Shown one piece after another: positions 1 through 10,355 of a DNA stretch of 64,000 nucleotides. Position 1 is the stretch's first letter. Every line of letters starts with the position of its first letter. Where the stretch lies: NCBI GenBank assembly GCA_965221605.1, contig CBDCSK010000015.1, forward strand, positions 595,211-659,210. The letters are read 5' to 3'. A model generated the notes under the pieces. It searched no databases and was not told the DNA's origin. It saw only the letters and a program-made list of their open reading frames with translations. A program made the translations under genes and the position numbers. Source of the stretch: Candidatus Aldehydirespirator sp. (GTDB taxonomy: Bacteria > Actinomycetota > Acidimicrobiia > Acidimicrobiales > Aldehydirespiratoraceae).

Positions 1-382
1 GCAGCTCCACGTAGTGGAGGGTGACGACGGGATGGATGACGACCTCGTCGAGGTTGATCGACTTGCGCACGACCGGCCGGTGGACCTGGCTCTCGGCCGG
101 AACGTCGATCACTGCGTTGGCCAGCACGACGGCCTGGCAGCCCAGGCGGCAGCCGTCGGCCAGCGGCCGCCGGCCCCGGTAGCTCAGCTCGGTGGGGCCG
201 GGGCTCGACAGCACCTGGGGGTCGGTGGGGGAGATCTGGCAGCGGCCGCACAGCCCGCGGCCCCCGCACACCGAGTCGAGGTCCACGCCGCCGGCTCGGG
301 CCGCGTCCAGCACGGTGGCCCCGGCAGCCACAGAGGCGCGTATCCCCGAAGGATTGAACACGACGCTGTGCATGTCTTGCAT
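1..382 (-). CDS. Corrinoid activation/regeneration protein, N-terminal plant-type [2Fe-2S] ferredoxin domain (RACo-like); runs off the window
   Basis: My own minus-strand translation from ATG 382: MQDMHSVVFNPSGIRASVAAGATVLDAARAGGVDLDSVCGGRGLCGRCQI..LGCQAV, a ferredoxin-type Cys pattern. The start lies 2 nt after the stop of the upstream methyltransferase. The ORF is not in the supplied track because it is truncated by the window edge. Confidence 0.6.
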   Translation of the reverse strand, partial: MQDMHSVVFNPSGIRASVAAGATVLDAARAGGVDLDSVCGGRGLCGRCQISPTDPQVLSSPGPTELSYRGRRPLADGCRLGCQAVVLANAVIDVPAESQVHRPVVRKSINLDEVVIHPVVTLHYVEL

Positions 383-384
383 TG

Positions 385-1275
385 CTATGCCCCGCGGCGA
401 CGCCCGCCCCGCCGTCTCAAGCCGGCCGCGTCAGGATCCCGGTGCTCCGCGATCCACCGGGCGCAATCCCGGTCGTGCCCGGCCAGCACATCGGCGGCCA
501 GAACCGCGTTCTTCACCTCCGGGTGCAGAGGATTCATGATCGCGGAGGTGAGCCCGGCCGCCATGGCCATCGAGAGAAAGGTGCCGGTGATCATGTGGCG
601 GGCCGGCAGGCCGAAGCTGACGTTGCTCGCACCGCAGGTGGTGTTGACCCCGAGCTCCTCCCGCAGCCGCCGAACCAGCTGGAACACCTGGCGTCCGGCT
701 GTACCCATGGCGCCGATCGGCATCACAAGCGGGTCCACCACCACGTCGGCCGCGGCGATTCCGTGGTCGGCGGCCCGGTTGACGATCTTGCGGGCCACCT
801 CGAAGCGCACGTCGGGGTCCTCGCTGATGCCGGTCTCATCGTTGGAGATCGCGACCACCGCGGCGCCGTGGCGGGCCACCAGCGGCAGCACCCGCTCAAG
901 CACCTCCTCCTCGCCGGTTACCGAATTGATGAGCGGCTTGCCCTCGTACACCGCGATGCTGGCCTCGAGGGCCTCCACGATCGAGGAGTCGATGGACAGG
1001 GGCACGTCGGTCACGCTCTGCACGAGCTTGACCGCCTGGGCCAGCAGGGCAGGCTCGTCGGCGAGGGGTATCCCCGCATTGACGTCGAGCATGTGGGCTC
1101 CGGCTGCGGCCTGGGCGAGAGCGTCGGCCTCGACCCGGCTGAAGTCACCGCTGCGCATCTCCTCGGCCAGCAGCCGGCGTCCCGTCGGGTTGATGCGCTC
1201 GCCGATCATCACGAACGGGCGGCCGAAGCCGATTACCACCTCCTTGGTGGCCGAACTGACGACCGTGTCGGTCAC
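385..1275 (-). CDS. Methyltetrahydrofolate:corrinoid methyltransferase (pterin-binding domain, MtrH/AcsE/MetH-like)
   Basis: In ORF 385..1470. The pterin-binding signature is IGERINPTGRR..MLDVNAG..LSIDS..LINSV..NVSFGLP. I chose GTG 1275 (VTDTVV) as the start because it overlaps the upstream stop as GTGA; the Arg-rich N-terminal extension was discarded. Confidence 0.8.
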   Translation of the reverse strand: MTDTVVSSATKEVVIGFGRPFVMIGERINPTGRRLLAEEMRSGDFSRVEADALAQAAAGAHMLDVNAGIPLADEPALLAQAVKLVQSVTDVPLSIDSSIVEALEASIAVYEGKPLINSVTGEEEVLERVLPLVARHGAAVVAISNDETGISEDPDVRFEVARKIVNRAADHGIAAADVVVDPLVMPIGAMGTAGRQVFQLVRRLREELGVNTTCGASNVSFGLPARHMITGTFLSMAMAAGLTSAIMNPLHPEVKNAVLAADVLAGHDRDCARWIAEHRDPDAAGLRRRGGRRRGA

Positions 1276-1679
1276 CGGGCGTCCCCCCCGGACTCGGCTG
1301 GATGGTCCCGAGCCGGCGGGTCTTGGCCGTTGCGCTCGGGATCCCACCCGCCGGTCCTGACGAACTCGTCGAGGCGCTGCCGGGGGAAGGCCTCCTCCAG
1401 CTCGGTCGCGACCGCCATGGCGGCGCTCTCGGGATCGGCGGCATCGCCGGGGATCACCGTCCGGCGCCACTCGCCCACGTACTGGGAGGCCTGGGTCTTG
1501 CCGGCCACCATGGCGGCCCGGTCGATGGCTCGCTGGAAGCGGCGGGGCAGGATGCGTTGCACCCGGTTCTCGCCCGAGCCGCCGTTGACCTGGGCGGGGA
1601 TGTCGCGCCAGCTGATCAGCACGAGGCTCCCGTCGTCGCTGCGGCGCCTGCGGCCGCCGCGCCGGGCCGAGCCACTCAT
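1272..1679 (-). CDS. Small accessory protein of corrinoid methyltransferase operons (unknown function)
   Basis: C-terminal 135 aa of ORF 1272..2042, starting MSGSARRGG...SWRDIPAQVNGG. ATGA overlap with the upstream gene and GTGA overlap with the downstream gene indicate translational coupling. Confidence 0.5.
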   Translation of the reverse strand: MSGSARRGGRRRRSDDGSLVLISWRDIPAQVNGGSGENRVQRILPRRFQRAIDRAAMVAGKTQASQYVGEWRRTVIPGDAADPESAAMAVATELEEAFPRQRLDEFVRTGGWDPERNGQDPPARDHPAESGGDAR

Positions 1680-2298
1680 GCCGCCTCGGCGCCGGCCAGC
1701 CTGACGATCTGTCGCTCGAGCCCGCCTATGCCGGTGAAGATCCGCTCGCAGCGAAGACCCAGACGAGCCGCGGCCTGCTCGGCGGCGCGAGCCAGACCGT
1801 CGTCGTCGGTCTGGGCCAGGTGGACCACCCGGGTGTAGTTGCCGAAGTACATCTCGAGCAGCTCGGGGTGCGCCGAGATGCCGAGGCCTTTCATGATGAG
1901 GCGGTCGAAGTGCCTGACCAGGTAGTCGGTGAGGTAGAAGGTGCCCGGCTCGGCGTCCTGAAGGCCGGCGAAGACGTCCGCACCGGCGTACATCTCGTAG
2001 CAGTGGGGGCCGCCGAGGCGCTCGACGCCCTCCTCGGAGCACACCCGGTCCAGGAGTCCGCCGGTGCCGCAGTCCATGTAGCCCACGAGGATCGTGCGGT
2101 ACGCACCGGTGGTCTTGGCTGCCCGGACCCGTCGCCGGACCGCCTCAGGGATCTGCTCGGGGCGGTTGTGCAGGATGGCGGGCAGGCACTCGACCTCGAT
2201 GTGCTCACCGCCGTTGCGGGTCGCCACCTCCCGCAGCTCGCGGACCAGCGCGCCGCAGCCGATGACGAGAACGGGTGACGGCTTCCTGGGCCCAGGCG

Positions 2299-2302
<4 letters not shown>
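1676..2302 (-). CDS. DUF1638-like protein (commonly linked to corrinoid methyltransferase systems)
   Basis: C-terminal 208 aa of ORF 1676..3259 (MTPGPRKPSPVLVIGCGALV...YMDCGTGG...). ATG at 2302 overlaps the stop of the corrinoid protein gene by 4 nt. Confidence 0.65.
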
Positions 2303-3015
<713 letters not shown>

Positions 3016-3075
3016 CCGGCGCAGCCCTCCACGTCTCGTTTGTTGGGCCCCGCTCGACGGACCACACCCCATGTG

Positions 3076-3110
3076 GTTCCGTACTGTGGACCAGTCCCAC
3101 GATACGGAAC
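3076..3110. other. Long imperfect hairpin in the intergenic region between the divergent corrinoid operon and leuS
   Basis: GTTCCGTACTGTGG (3076-3089) pairs with CCACGATACGGAAC (3097-3110): 14 positions with 1 mismatch and 1 GU. A competing helix, GGACCACA (3059-3066) with TGTGGTTCC (3072-3080), overlaps its 5' arm. Confidence 0.4.
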
Positions 3111-3186
3111 GGACTGTACCACGGTTCGCGGTCAGCACAAGCAACCTGGGCCCGAGAAAATCCGCACCGATTAGCGGACGCTCTAG

Positions 3187-3247
3187 CACTCCCGCTCTTG
3201 TTCGCTGCGCTCACGGGCCGCTCGGGCCACGGCCTCGTCCGTATGAG
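3187..3247 (+). repeat. Interspersed ~60 nt intergenic repeat, copy 1 (other copies at 14003..14063 inverted and 16648..16692 partial)
   Basis: CACTCCCGCTCTTGTTCGCTGCGCTCACGGGCCGCTCGGGCCACGGCCTCGTCCGTATG is near-identical to the reverse complement of 14003-14063. Confidence 0.8.
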
Positions 3248-3289
3248 CCGGAATCGCACCCCTGCGCTCGGCCTCTAGCCTGTGCCGTC

Positions 3290-6121
3290 ATGCCCGAGTC
3301 CGTTCCGGACGGCGACACGCCCCCGCATCGCTACAACGCGGCGCTCGCGGCCGAGATCGAGGCCCGCTGGCAGGCCCGCTGGGAGGCCGACGGCATCTAC
3401 GAGACGCCCAACCCGTCGGGGCAACTGGCATCGGACCAGGGCCCCGACGGTCCGAAGCTCTTCATCATGGACATGTTCCCGTACCCGTCGGGGTCGGGCC
3501 TGCACGTGGGCCATCCCCTGGGCTACATCGCCACCGACGTCTACGTCCGCTTCAAGCGGATGGCGGGCTTCAACGTGCTCTACACCATGGGCTTCGACGC
3601 GTTCGGGCTCCCGGCCGAGGAGCATGCCCGCCAGACCGGCCAGCACCCCCGGACCAACACCGAGGCCAACATCGACAACATGCGCCGCCAGCTCGACCGG
3701 TTGGGGCTCGGCCATGACAAGCGGCGGGGGATCGCCACCACCGACGTCGACTACTACCGCTGGACCCAGTGGATCTTCCTGCAGATCTTCAACTCGTGGT
3801 TCGATCCCGACGCCGGCCGGGCCCGTCCCATCTCGGAGCTGATCGACCAGCTCTCCTCCGGGGCGCGCCGGGTGCCCGACGGCCGACCCTGGAACGGCCT
3901 GAGCGAGGCGGAGCAGCGGGAGCTGGTCGACAGCCACCGCCTCGCCTACGTGGCCGACGCTCCGGTCAACTGGTGCCCGGCGCTGGGGACGGTGCTGGCC
4001 AACGAGGAGGTCACCAACGAGGGGCGGTCCGAGCGGGGCAACCACGAGGTGTTCAAGCGCCCGCTCAAGCAATGGATGATGCGGATCACGGCCTACGCCG
4101 ACCGCCTGCTGGAGGACCTCGACCGCCTGGACTGGCCCGAGTCGGTCAAGACCATGCAGCGCAACTGGATCGGCCGCTCCGAGGGCGCGTTCGTCGCGTT
4201 CCCGGCGGCGAGGTCGCCGAAGGGGCCCTTCAGCGACCTAGAGGTGTTCACCACGAGGCCCGACACCCTGTTCGGCACCACCTACATGGTGCTGGCGCCG
4301 GAGCATCCGCTGGTGGAGAGGCTGACCGCGGAGGTCTGGCCCTCGGGCACCCCCGGCTCCTGGACCGGCGGCGCGGCCACGCCGTCCGAGGCGGTGGCTG
4401 CCTACCGGGCCCGCGCCTCGGAGATGAGCGACGCCGACCGCAGCGACTCCAAGTCGGGCGTCTTCCTGGGCGCTACGGCCCTGGTCCCGTTCACCGACAG
4501 CCGGGTGCCGGTGTTCATCGCCGACTACGTCTTGATGGGATACGGCACCGGCGCGGTCATGGGCGTTCCAGGCGAGGACCAGCGCGACCGCGAGTTCGCC
4601 GAGGCGTTCGGGCTGCCGGTCGTCCGCACCGTGCAGCCGCCTGCCGACCATCCCGAACATTTGGCCTACACCGGCGAGGGGCCATCGATCAACTCCCGGT
4701 TCCTCGACGGACTCGACGTCGAGGCGTCCAAGGCCCTGGTCCTGGAGCGGCTCCAGGAGGCCGGGCTCGGCCGTCCCACCGTCAACTACAGGCTGAGGGA
4801 CTGGAACTTCAGCCGGCAGCGCTACTGGGGCGAGCCCATACCGATCGTGTTCGACGACCACGGGCCGGTCGCTTTGCCCGCGGACATGCTCCCGCTGGAG
4901 CTTCCCGAGTTGACGGACTGGGCGCCGCGGGCACTGGCCCGGGACTCCGAGCCGGAGCCGCCGCTGGGCCGGGTGACGGAATGGGTCGAGACCGACCTGG
5001 ATCTGGGCCGGGGCGTGCGTCGCTACCGGCGCGAGCTCAACACGATGCCCCAGTGGGCCGGGTCGTGCTGGTACTACCTGCGCTACCTGGACCCCCGCAA
5101 CGACGGCTGCCTGGTGGATCCCGACGTCGAGCGCTACTGGATGGCCGACCCGGAGGCCGGCGGGGTCGGCGGGGTGGACCTGTACGTGGGCGGCGTCGAG
5201 CACGCGGTGCTGCATCTGCTGTACGCCCGGTTCTGGCACAAGGTGCTGTTCGACCTCGGCCATGTGAGTGGTCTTGAGCCGTTTAAGCGTCTCGTGAACC
5301 AGGGCTACATCCAGGCCTACGCCTTCAAGGACGGGCGGGGGATCTACGTCCCCGCCGACGAGGTGGACGGCTCGCTGCAGGAAGGGTTCACCCACGAAGG
5401 GCAGCCCGTCACCCGCGAGCTCGGCAAGATGGGCAAGTCGCTGAAGAACTCGGTGACCCCCGACGACATGTATGCCTCCTACGGGGCCGACACCCTTCGG
5501 CTGTACGAGATGTTCATGGGCCCCATCGACCAGGACCGGCCCTGGGAGACCCGCTCGGTGATCGGCTCCCAGCGAGTGCTGCAGCGGGTCTGGCGCAACA
5601 TCCTCGACGAGGAGACCGGAGAGCTGCGGGTCACCGAAGGCGGGGCCGACGACGAGTTGCTGCGACTCCTGCACCGCACCATCGACGGGGTGCGCTCCGA
5701 CATGGAGGGCATGCGCTTCAACACCGCCATCGCCAAGCTCACCGAACTCAACAACGAGCTCACCAAACGGGGCTCGGGCGCGCCCCTTCAGGTGGCCGAC
5801 GCGATGGTCCGGATGCTGGCACCGCTGGTGCCGCACTTCGCGGAGGAGCTGTGGCACCTCCTGCACGGCGACGCCGCCGCCTCGGTCACCCAGAGCGGGT
5901 TCCCGGAAGCGGACCCGGCGCTGCTGGTCACCGACACAGTGGAAGTGCCCGTGCAGGTCAACGGCAAGGTGCGGGGCCGGGTGACGCTGGCGGCCGACGC
6001 CGGCGAGGAGACCGCGGTGGCCGCGGCGCTGGCTGAACCCAATGTGGCTGCCCATGTGGGCGGACGCGAGCTGCGCAAGCAGCTCTACGTGCCCGGCCGC
6101 ATGATCACGCTCGTGGTGTGA
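3290..6121 (+). CDS. leuS: Leucyl-tRNA synthetase
   Basis: In ORF 2972..6121, starting at [17 protein letters not shown]. Class I motifs HVGH ([16 protein letters not shown]) and KMGKS ([11 protein letters not shown]); length and architecture typical of bacterial LeuS. Confidence 0.95.
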   Translation: MPESVPDGDTPPHRYNAALAAEIEARWQARWEADGIYETPNPSGQLASDQGPDGPKLFIMDMFPYPSGSGLHVGHPLGYIATDVYVRFKRMAGFNVLYTMGFDAFGLPAEEHARQTGQHPRTNTEANIDNMRRQLDRLGLGHDKRRGIATTDVDYYRWTQWIFLQIFNSWFDPDAGRARPISELIDQLSSGARRVPDGRPWNGLSEAEQRELVDSHRLAYVADAPVNWCPALGTVLANEEVTNEGRSERGNHEVFKRPLKQWMMRITAYADRLLEDLDRLDWPESVKTMQRNWIGRSEGAFVAFPAARSPKGPFSDLEVFTTRPDTLFGTTYMVLAPEHPLVERLTAEVWPSGTPGSWTGGAATPSEAVAAYRARASEMSDADRSDSKSGVFLGATALVPFTDSRVPVFIADYVLMGYGTGAVMGVPGEDQRDREFAEAFGLPVVRTVQPPADHPEHLAYTGEGPSINSRFLDGLDVEASKALVLERLQEAGLGRPTVNYRLRDWNFSRQRYWGEPIPIVFDDHGPVALPADMLPLELPELTDWAPRALARDSEPEPPLGRVTEWVETDLDLGRGVRRYRRELNTMPQWAGSCWYYLRYLDPRNDGCLVDPDVERYWMADPEAGGVGGVDLYVGGVEHAVLHLLYARFWHKVLFDLGHVSGLEPFKRLVNQGYIQAYAFKDGRGIYVPADEVDGSLQEGFTHEGQPVTRELGKMGKSLKNSVTPDDMYASYGADTLRLYEMFMGPIDQDRPWETRSVIGSQRVLQRVWRNILDEETGELRVTEGGADDELLRLLHRTIDGVRSDMEGMRFNTAIAKLTELNNELTKRGSGAPLQVADAMVRMLAPLVPHFAEELWHLLHGDAAASVTQSGFPEADPALLVTDTVEVPVQVNGKVRGRVTLAADAGEETAVAAALAEPNVAAHVGGRELRKQLYVPGRMITLVV

Positions 6122-6188
6122 GCCCGCCGAGGCCCGAGCCTGTGGTACGGCACACCGCGGCCAACAGGCGCGCGCCCAGGCCCGTGGC

Positions 6189-7394
6189 GTGAGCCTGCGT
6201 CCTCGGCGGCTGTCGATCTCGCAGGCTCGCCGGGTGGCGCTGGCAGCCCAGGGATTCTGCGACCCCGCGCCCACCACGCGGGTGGATCGCCGTCACCTGC
6301 GCCGGATGATGGGCAGGCTCAAGCTGCTCCAGCTCGACTCGGTGCCGGTGGTGGTCCGCACCCAGTACCTGCCACCGTTCTCGCGTCTCGGCTGCTACGA
6401 CTCGTCCCTGCTGGATCGGATCGCCTACACCGACGACGAGTGGTTCGAGGCATGGGCCCACGAGGCCTCCCTGCTCCCCGTGGGCGACGAGCCGCTGCTG
6501 CGCTGGCAGAAGCAGCGGGCCGAGCAGGGCGACACCTGGAAGAACCTGGCGGATCTGGCCCGAAGCGAGCCCGGCTACCTGGCCGAGGTGCTGGCCCAGG
6601 TGACCGAGCGCCCGCTGACCGCGGGCGAGTTGGCCGATCCCCGGCGCCGCGACGGCGAATGGTGGGGGAGCCGGTCGCTGGGCTCGATTGCCCTCGACTG
6701 GCTGTTCCGCATCGGGGCGGTCGGGATCCGGCGCCGGGGCAACTTCGTCAAGGAGTTCGACCTGCTCGAGCGGATCGTCCCGCCCGGCGTGCTGGCCAGG
6801 CCCACGCCGGGCGCGGAGGAGGCCCAGCGCGAGCTGCTGGTCCGCTCGGCCCAGGCGTTGGGAGTGGGCACCGCCACCGACCTGATCGACTACTACCGCC
6901 TGCCGGTGCGGGAGGGCAGGGCCCGGCTGGGCGAGCTGGTCGAGGCGGGCGCCGTCAAGACGGTGGCAGTGGAGGGCTGGAACGAGCCCGCCTTCATGCA
7001 TCCCGAAGCCCGCCTGCCGCGGTCGGTGGATGCGCTCACGGTGCTGTCGCCGTTCGATCCGATCGTGTGGAACCGGGCCCGGGCCCTGCGGCTGTGGGGC
7101 TTCGACTACCGCATCGAGATCTATGTCCCTGCGGCCAAGCGCGTCTACGGCTACTACGTGCTGCCCGTGCTCGACGGCGAGCGTCTGGCGGCCCGCCTCG
7201 ACGTCAAGACCGACCGGTCCGGGAACACCCTGCAGGTGTTGGGCGCGTTCGCCGAGCCCGATGCCGATCACGGAGCCCTAGCCGAGCGGCTCCGACCCCA
7301 TCTCAACGAGTTGGCCCGCTTCGTCGGCGTCGACGACGTGAGCTACGGCTCCCGCGGCGACCTCGCAGCCGCTTTGCGACCCGCCGGCGGGTAG
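6189..7394 (+). CDS. Winged-helix DNA-binding protein of the YcaQ/AlkZ family (DUF1006; interstrand-crosslink DNA glycosylase family)
   Basis: 401 aa, GTG start. Family-typical LQLDSV...FEAWAHEAS...FDYRIEIYVPAAKRVYGYYVLP motifs. Confidence 0.75.
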   Translation: MSLRPRRLSISQARRVALAAQGFCDPAPTTRVDRRHLRRMMGRLKLLQLDSVPVVVRTQYLPPFSRLGCYDSSLLDRIAYTDDEWFEAWAHEASLLPVGDEPLLRWQKQRAEQGDTWKNLADLARSEPGYLAEVLAQVTERPLTAGELADPRRRDGEWWGSRSLGSIALDWLFRIGAVGIRRRGNFVKEFDLLERIVPPGVLARPTPGAEEAQRELLVRSAQALGVGTATDLIDYYRLPVREGRARLGELVEAGAVKTVAVEGWNEPAFMHPEARLPRSVDALTVLSPFDPIVWNRARALRLWGFDYRIEIYVPAAKRVYGYYVLPVLDGERLAARLDVKTDRSGNTLQVLGAFAEPDADHGALAERLRPHLNELARFVGVDDVSYGSRGDLAAALRPAGG

Positions 7395-7531
7395 AGGATC
7401 TTGGCTCGGGCGGGGTCGAGGTCGGTGGTCTCAACCTCCTCGGCGATTGGCTCGATGTCGGCATCGGTGAGCACACGCCCCGTGCGGGTGCGGTAGGTCC
7501 TCGGCTCTGTTGGTTCGATCGGTTCGGTCAT
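7313..7531. repeat. Left copy of a ~220 bp diverged direct repeat bracketing the 7.5-11.8 kb island
   Basis: Aligns by eye with 11763..11984 at roughly 80-85% identity with a 9-nt indel. Covers the last ~27 codons of the ycaQ-like gene plus the convergent small ORF. Confidence 0.85.
7343..7531 (-). CDS. Small RHH/CopG-antitoxin-like protein (paralog of 11793..11984)
   Basis: 62 aa, core EPRTYRTRTGRVLTDADIE..EVETTDLD..AKILYPP. The differences from its paralog are mostly synonymous in this frame. Its 3' end overlaps the ycaQ-like gene in antisense by 52 nt. Confidence 0.5.
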   Translation of the reverse strand: MTEPIEPTEPRTYRTRTGRVLTDADIEPIAEEVETTDLDPARAKILYPPAGRKAAARSPREP

Positions 7532-7598
7532 CGGTGTGGCCGTCTTCTGGCCAAAGCGGTTCGAGCCTTCGAGGACACGCTGGGGTTCGCGCAGGCGC

Positions 7599-9473
7599 TC
7601 AGTTGTCGCTGAGGCGGCGGTGCTTGGCCAGGCCGGCCTGCAGCAGCTTCTGAGCGTCTCGGGCGCCGAGGTCTAGGAAGCCGTCGGGCCAGTCTTCGCT
7701 GAGTCCGCCTAGCGGATTGACGTCTGAGGGTCGGAAGGATGTGTGTCCATTGTCGTCTCGCTCCGCAAACACGATCCGGACCAGTTCGCCGATCCTCCCG
7801 CTCTCGGCTTCGGCGGCGCGGCGCCTCAGCCTGTTGACGAGATGCTCGCTGTGGGTTTCGACGATGATCTGTCGTCCGCTGTCGACGCAAGCAAGCAGGA
7901 AGTCTGCGAGGCGCATCTGAAGTGCCGGATGCAAGTGCAGTTCAGGCTGCTCCAACAGCACGATGTCGCCCGGCTCGGCCAGCAGACAGACCGTGAGCAC
8001 GGGCAGGACCTGACTGACGCCGACGCCGACTGACGTGAGATCGACTTGGCGGTCGAGGTCGGTCGGGCGCACCTCGATGCTGACACCGGCGCGACCTCTT
8101 GCCTCCACGGTGACGTCCTCAACTACCTCCAACTCCCGCAGCCAATACTGCAAGCCGTCCACTAGGTCCGCTTGTCCGAGCCCGGGCACATCGACCGACT
8201 CCGTGCCGTGCCATTGGAGCACCTGCGACAGGTGCTCCCCGGCAGCGCCGACATCGGGACGGCCGTCATCACCGAAGTCGAAGTATGGCCGCGGCTCCTG
8301 TCTGAGCGGTCCTAGGTACCGAACACGGTCCTGGAGCAGCGTCGCAACTTCTGATCTCAACGCTCCTGCTATGTAGTGATTCGCTTGCTCATTCAAGACA
8401 GGATCCTGGAGCCACGCGTCTTCCTTGCATTCCTGGAGAAAGAGCCGGGCGATCCTGAGATAGTCGACTACTGGCATAGCACTGTACGGATCAGAGATTG
8501 AGGTGTCGTCGCTTGAGGTGTCGTCGAAGCGCAATTCTCCAGCCTCAGCTATAGACAGCCCAAGTGCGTAACCATCCTCATTGTCACGGTCGCGTGCTCG
8601 ATCCTGAATCCGTTCAACTAGCGGGTTCACATCTGCTTGGTCAAGAGTCACTGAAGTCTCGTGTGGCAGCATGTCTGCCTTTTGATCCGATTCCTGCTGT
8701 GAGAAATATGCTCGGTTACGATAGAACTTCTGACGCAAACCGTGAGCGTCATCTTCATTTGGTGGGTCTAGATGTCTCTTCACTAGGTCTCCAAATGTCG
8801 AGGTACGCGGCATGGTGATGGTTGCTACAGCACTGCGAATATCGCGAATGCCGGGATGAACAAAGGACCGTGCTGCAGGGTCGTAGGCGTCTGAGCCGAC
8901 AGTGTCCCTGAGCGCATCCAAGAACTCCTCGCGCCGTTGAAGTTCGTGTTTGACATCTCCTGCGCGGTCATGACCCCAGTGCCCCGCGTAATGATCCCAG
9001 TACCTCTGAACGTATTTCTCCCAGACAGCTCGCAGCCAATGCGTTGCACAGAACAGCAGCGCAGCATCAGACACTCTGAACTGGTTGACAAGAATCTGTG
9101 CATGGCCACGATCAGGTCTTGTATCTGGTTCTGCGACTTGGAGCATCAACCGGGACTGAGTCTTGACGTCGCTGCTGTCCTCGCTATGCTCCGTGGACTC
9201 GAGGCCCGCCTGTATAGAGATCGGACCGTGTGCGCCGACTGTGCGTACATCGTCGAATGTGCCGAGCTTCACCTTGGTGCCGTTTAGCGGGACTTCGATT
9301 CCGGTCTTGTACGCTTGGGCGGTTTGAGACAGGAATCTGATCGACTGCAGGAGTGAACTCTTGCCCGAGCTGTTCATGCCTATCAACACGGTGAGGGGCT
9401 TGAACTCAACCGCACTGTCGGCGATCGACTTGAAGTTCTTGAGTTCGAGGGATCTCAGCGGGAATGGGTGCAT
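7599..9473 (-). CDS. ABC/SMC-like AAA ATPase (AAA_15/AAA_21 type with DUF3696-like C-terminus)
   Basis: 624 aa. Walker A is GMNSSGKSS near the N-terminus; C-terminal LLEQPELHLHP (Walker B/D-loop) and ETHSEHL (H-loop). A long insert lies between the ATPase halves. The central part (about 8350-9400) is visibly lower in GC than its surroundings. Confidence 0.85.
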   Translation of the reverse strand: MHPFPLRSLELKNFKSIADSAVEFKPLTVLIGMNSSGKSSLLQSIRFLSQTAQAYKTGIEVPLNGTKVKLGTFDDVRTVGAHGPISIQAGLESTEHSEDSSDVKTQSRLMLQVAEPDTRPDRGHAQILVNQFRVSDAALLFCATHWLRAVWEKYVQRYWDHYAGHWGHDRAGDVKHELQRREEFLDALRDTVGSDAYDPAARSFVHPGIRDIRSAVATITMPRTSTFGDLVKRHLDPPNEDDAHGLRQKFYRNRAYFSQQESDQKADMLPHETSVTLDQADVNPLVERIQDRARDRDNEDGYALGLSIAEAGELRFDDTSSDDTSISDPYSAMPVVDYLRIARLFLQECKEDAWLQDPVLNEQANHYIAGALRSEVATLLQDRVRYLGPLRQEPRPYFDFGDDGRPDVGAAGEHLSQVLQWHGTESVDVPGLGQADLVDGLQYWLRELEVVEDVTVEARGRAGVSIEVRPTDLDRQVDLTSVGVGVSQVLPVLTVCLLAEPGDIVLLEQPELHLHPALQMRLADFLLACVDSGRQIIVETHSEHLVNRLRRRAAEAESGRIGELVRIVFAERDDNGHTSFRPSDVNPLGGLSEDWPDGFLDLGARDAQKLLQAGLAKHRRLSDN

Positions 9474-9476
9474 GAT

Positions 9477-10355
9477 TCAGGCAGCTTTCGCGAGCACTTG
9501 GGCGCCAAGCGCCGAGAGTGTCCTGTCGAGTGTCGGCCGGAGCGCTGTGAACGCTGCCATTCCGATGTCGCGGCCTAGACACTCAACCCAGTGGTCCGGG
9601 TTCATTGTCTCGGGCGTTAGCTCTTGGAACTCCGTCGTGACGTGGCGTGTGGCTACGAGATGGATCGTCTCGGCCAGTCGCAGGTGTTCACGCGGGGGTG
9701 TGGCTGGCTCCGGTGACTCGCCGTAGGTCTGGGGATGCAGCCGTTCGGGCTCAAGCAGCCAGGGGTCGTCATCGTCGAGCAGTGCAGCTGTGCAGTCGTC
9801 CGTGAGGGTTCCCCACTCGGCGACCTCGTCCTCCTTGAAGTGCCAGCGAGGGTCGGTCGGTCCGGCCAGGGGAAGTCCGGCATACGCGCCTTCGACTGTT
9901 CGGTCTCGGTCGACGACTATGTCGCCGATGGCTTGCAGCACGGACTCCGTCAGGGCGCCTACCCGCTCACGCAGTTGCAGTAGCCAGATCGGGCCACGCA
10001 CGTAGCACTCGACTACCAGCGGGTGGGGCAGGTCCGAGTCGTCGCTTGCGATCACCGCGTCGGTGTCGGTTGCGAGTTCGGGCCATGGATGGGCGAGCAT
10101 CATCTCGGCTACATCGCGCTGGGCGTCGACGCGACGGACGACGGCAAGCCGCCTACGACCCCCCATCCACGGCAACGGCTTGACCAGGCGGATATCGCCG
10201 CGGGCGATGGGCTGGGCGGCGCGGGCCGAGCCGATCGTCCTCTGATGGGGTGGTCGGTTTGTCAGCGCCTCCTTCACGGCTGCGAGGCCAGTGGCGCTCG
10301 GATCGTTCGCTGCCTCGCTATCGGGGCGCTCGGTCTCGCCCGGCGGGGGCGTCAT
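9477..10355 (-). CDS. Hypothetical protein (possible MazF/PemK-like beta-barrel near the N-terminus; unknown acidic C-terminal domain)
   Basis: 292 aa. ATGA overlap with the upstream gene and a 3-nt gap to the ATPase gene. The segment GDIRLVKPLPWMGGRRRLAVVRRV resembles the first strands of MazF-fold proteins (weak). Confidence 0.55.
   Translation of the reverse strand: MTPPPGETERPDSEAANDPSATGLAAVKEALTNRPPHQRTIGSARAAQPIARGDIRLVKPLPWMGGRRRLAVVRRVDAQRDVAEMMLAHPWPELATDTDAVIASDDSDLPHPLVVECYVRGPIWLLQLRERVGALTESVLQAIGDIVVDRDRTVEGAYAGLPLAGPTDPRWHFKEDEVAEWGTLTDDCTAALLDDDDPWLLEPERLHPQTYGESPEPATPPREHLRLAETIHLVATRHVTTEFQELTPETMNPDHWVECLGRDIGMAAFTALRPTLDRTLSALGAQVLAKAA

Noticed and set aside
14-1704. Plus-strand ORFs 14..1360 and 382..1704 (440-448 aa).
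   Set aside because: They are antisense to the clearly recognisable pterin-binding methyltransferase and ferredoxin-domain genes, and their composition is low complexity.
3016-3289. Possible cobalamin riboswitch upstream of the corrinoid-protein operon.
   Set aside because: I could not find the conserved B12-box or the GCCACTG-type core on the minus strand by eye. Only generic hairpins are present. I recorded it as an unexplained structure rather than calling a riboswitch.
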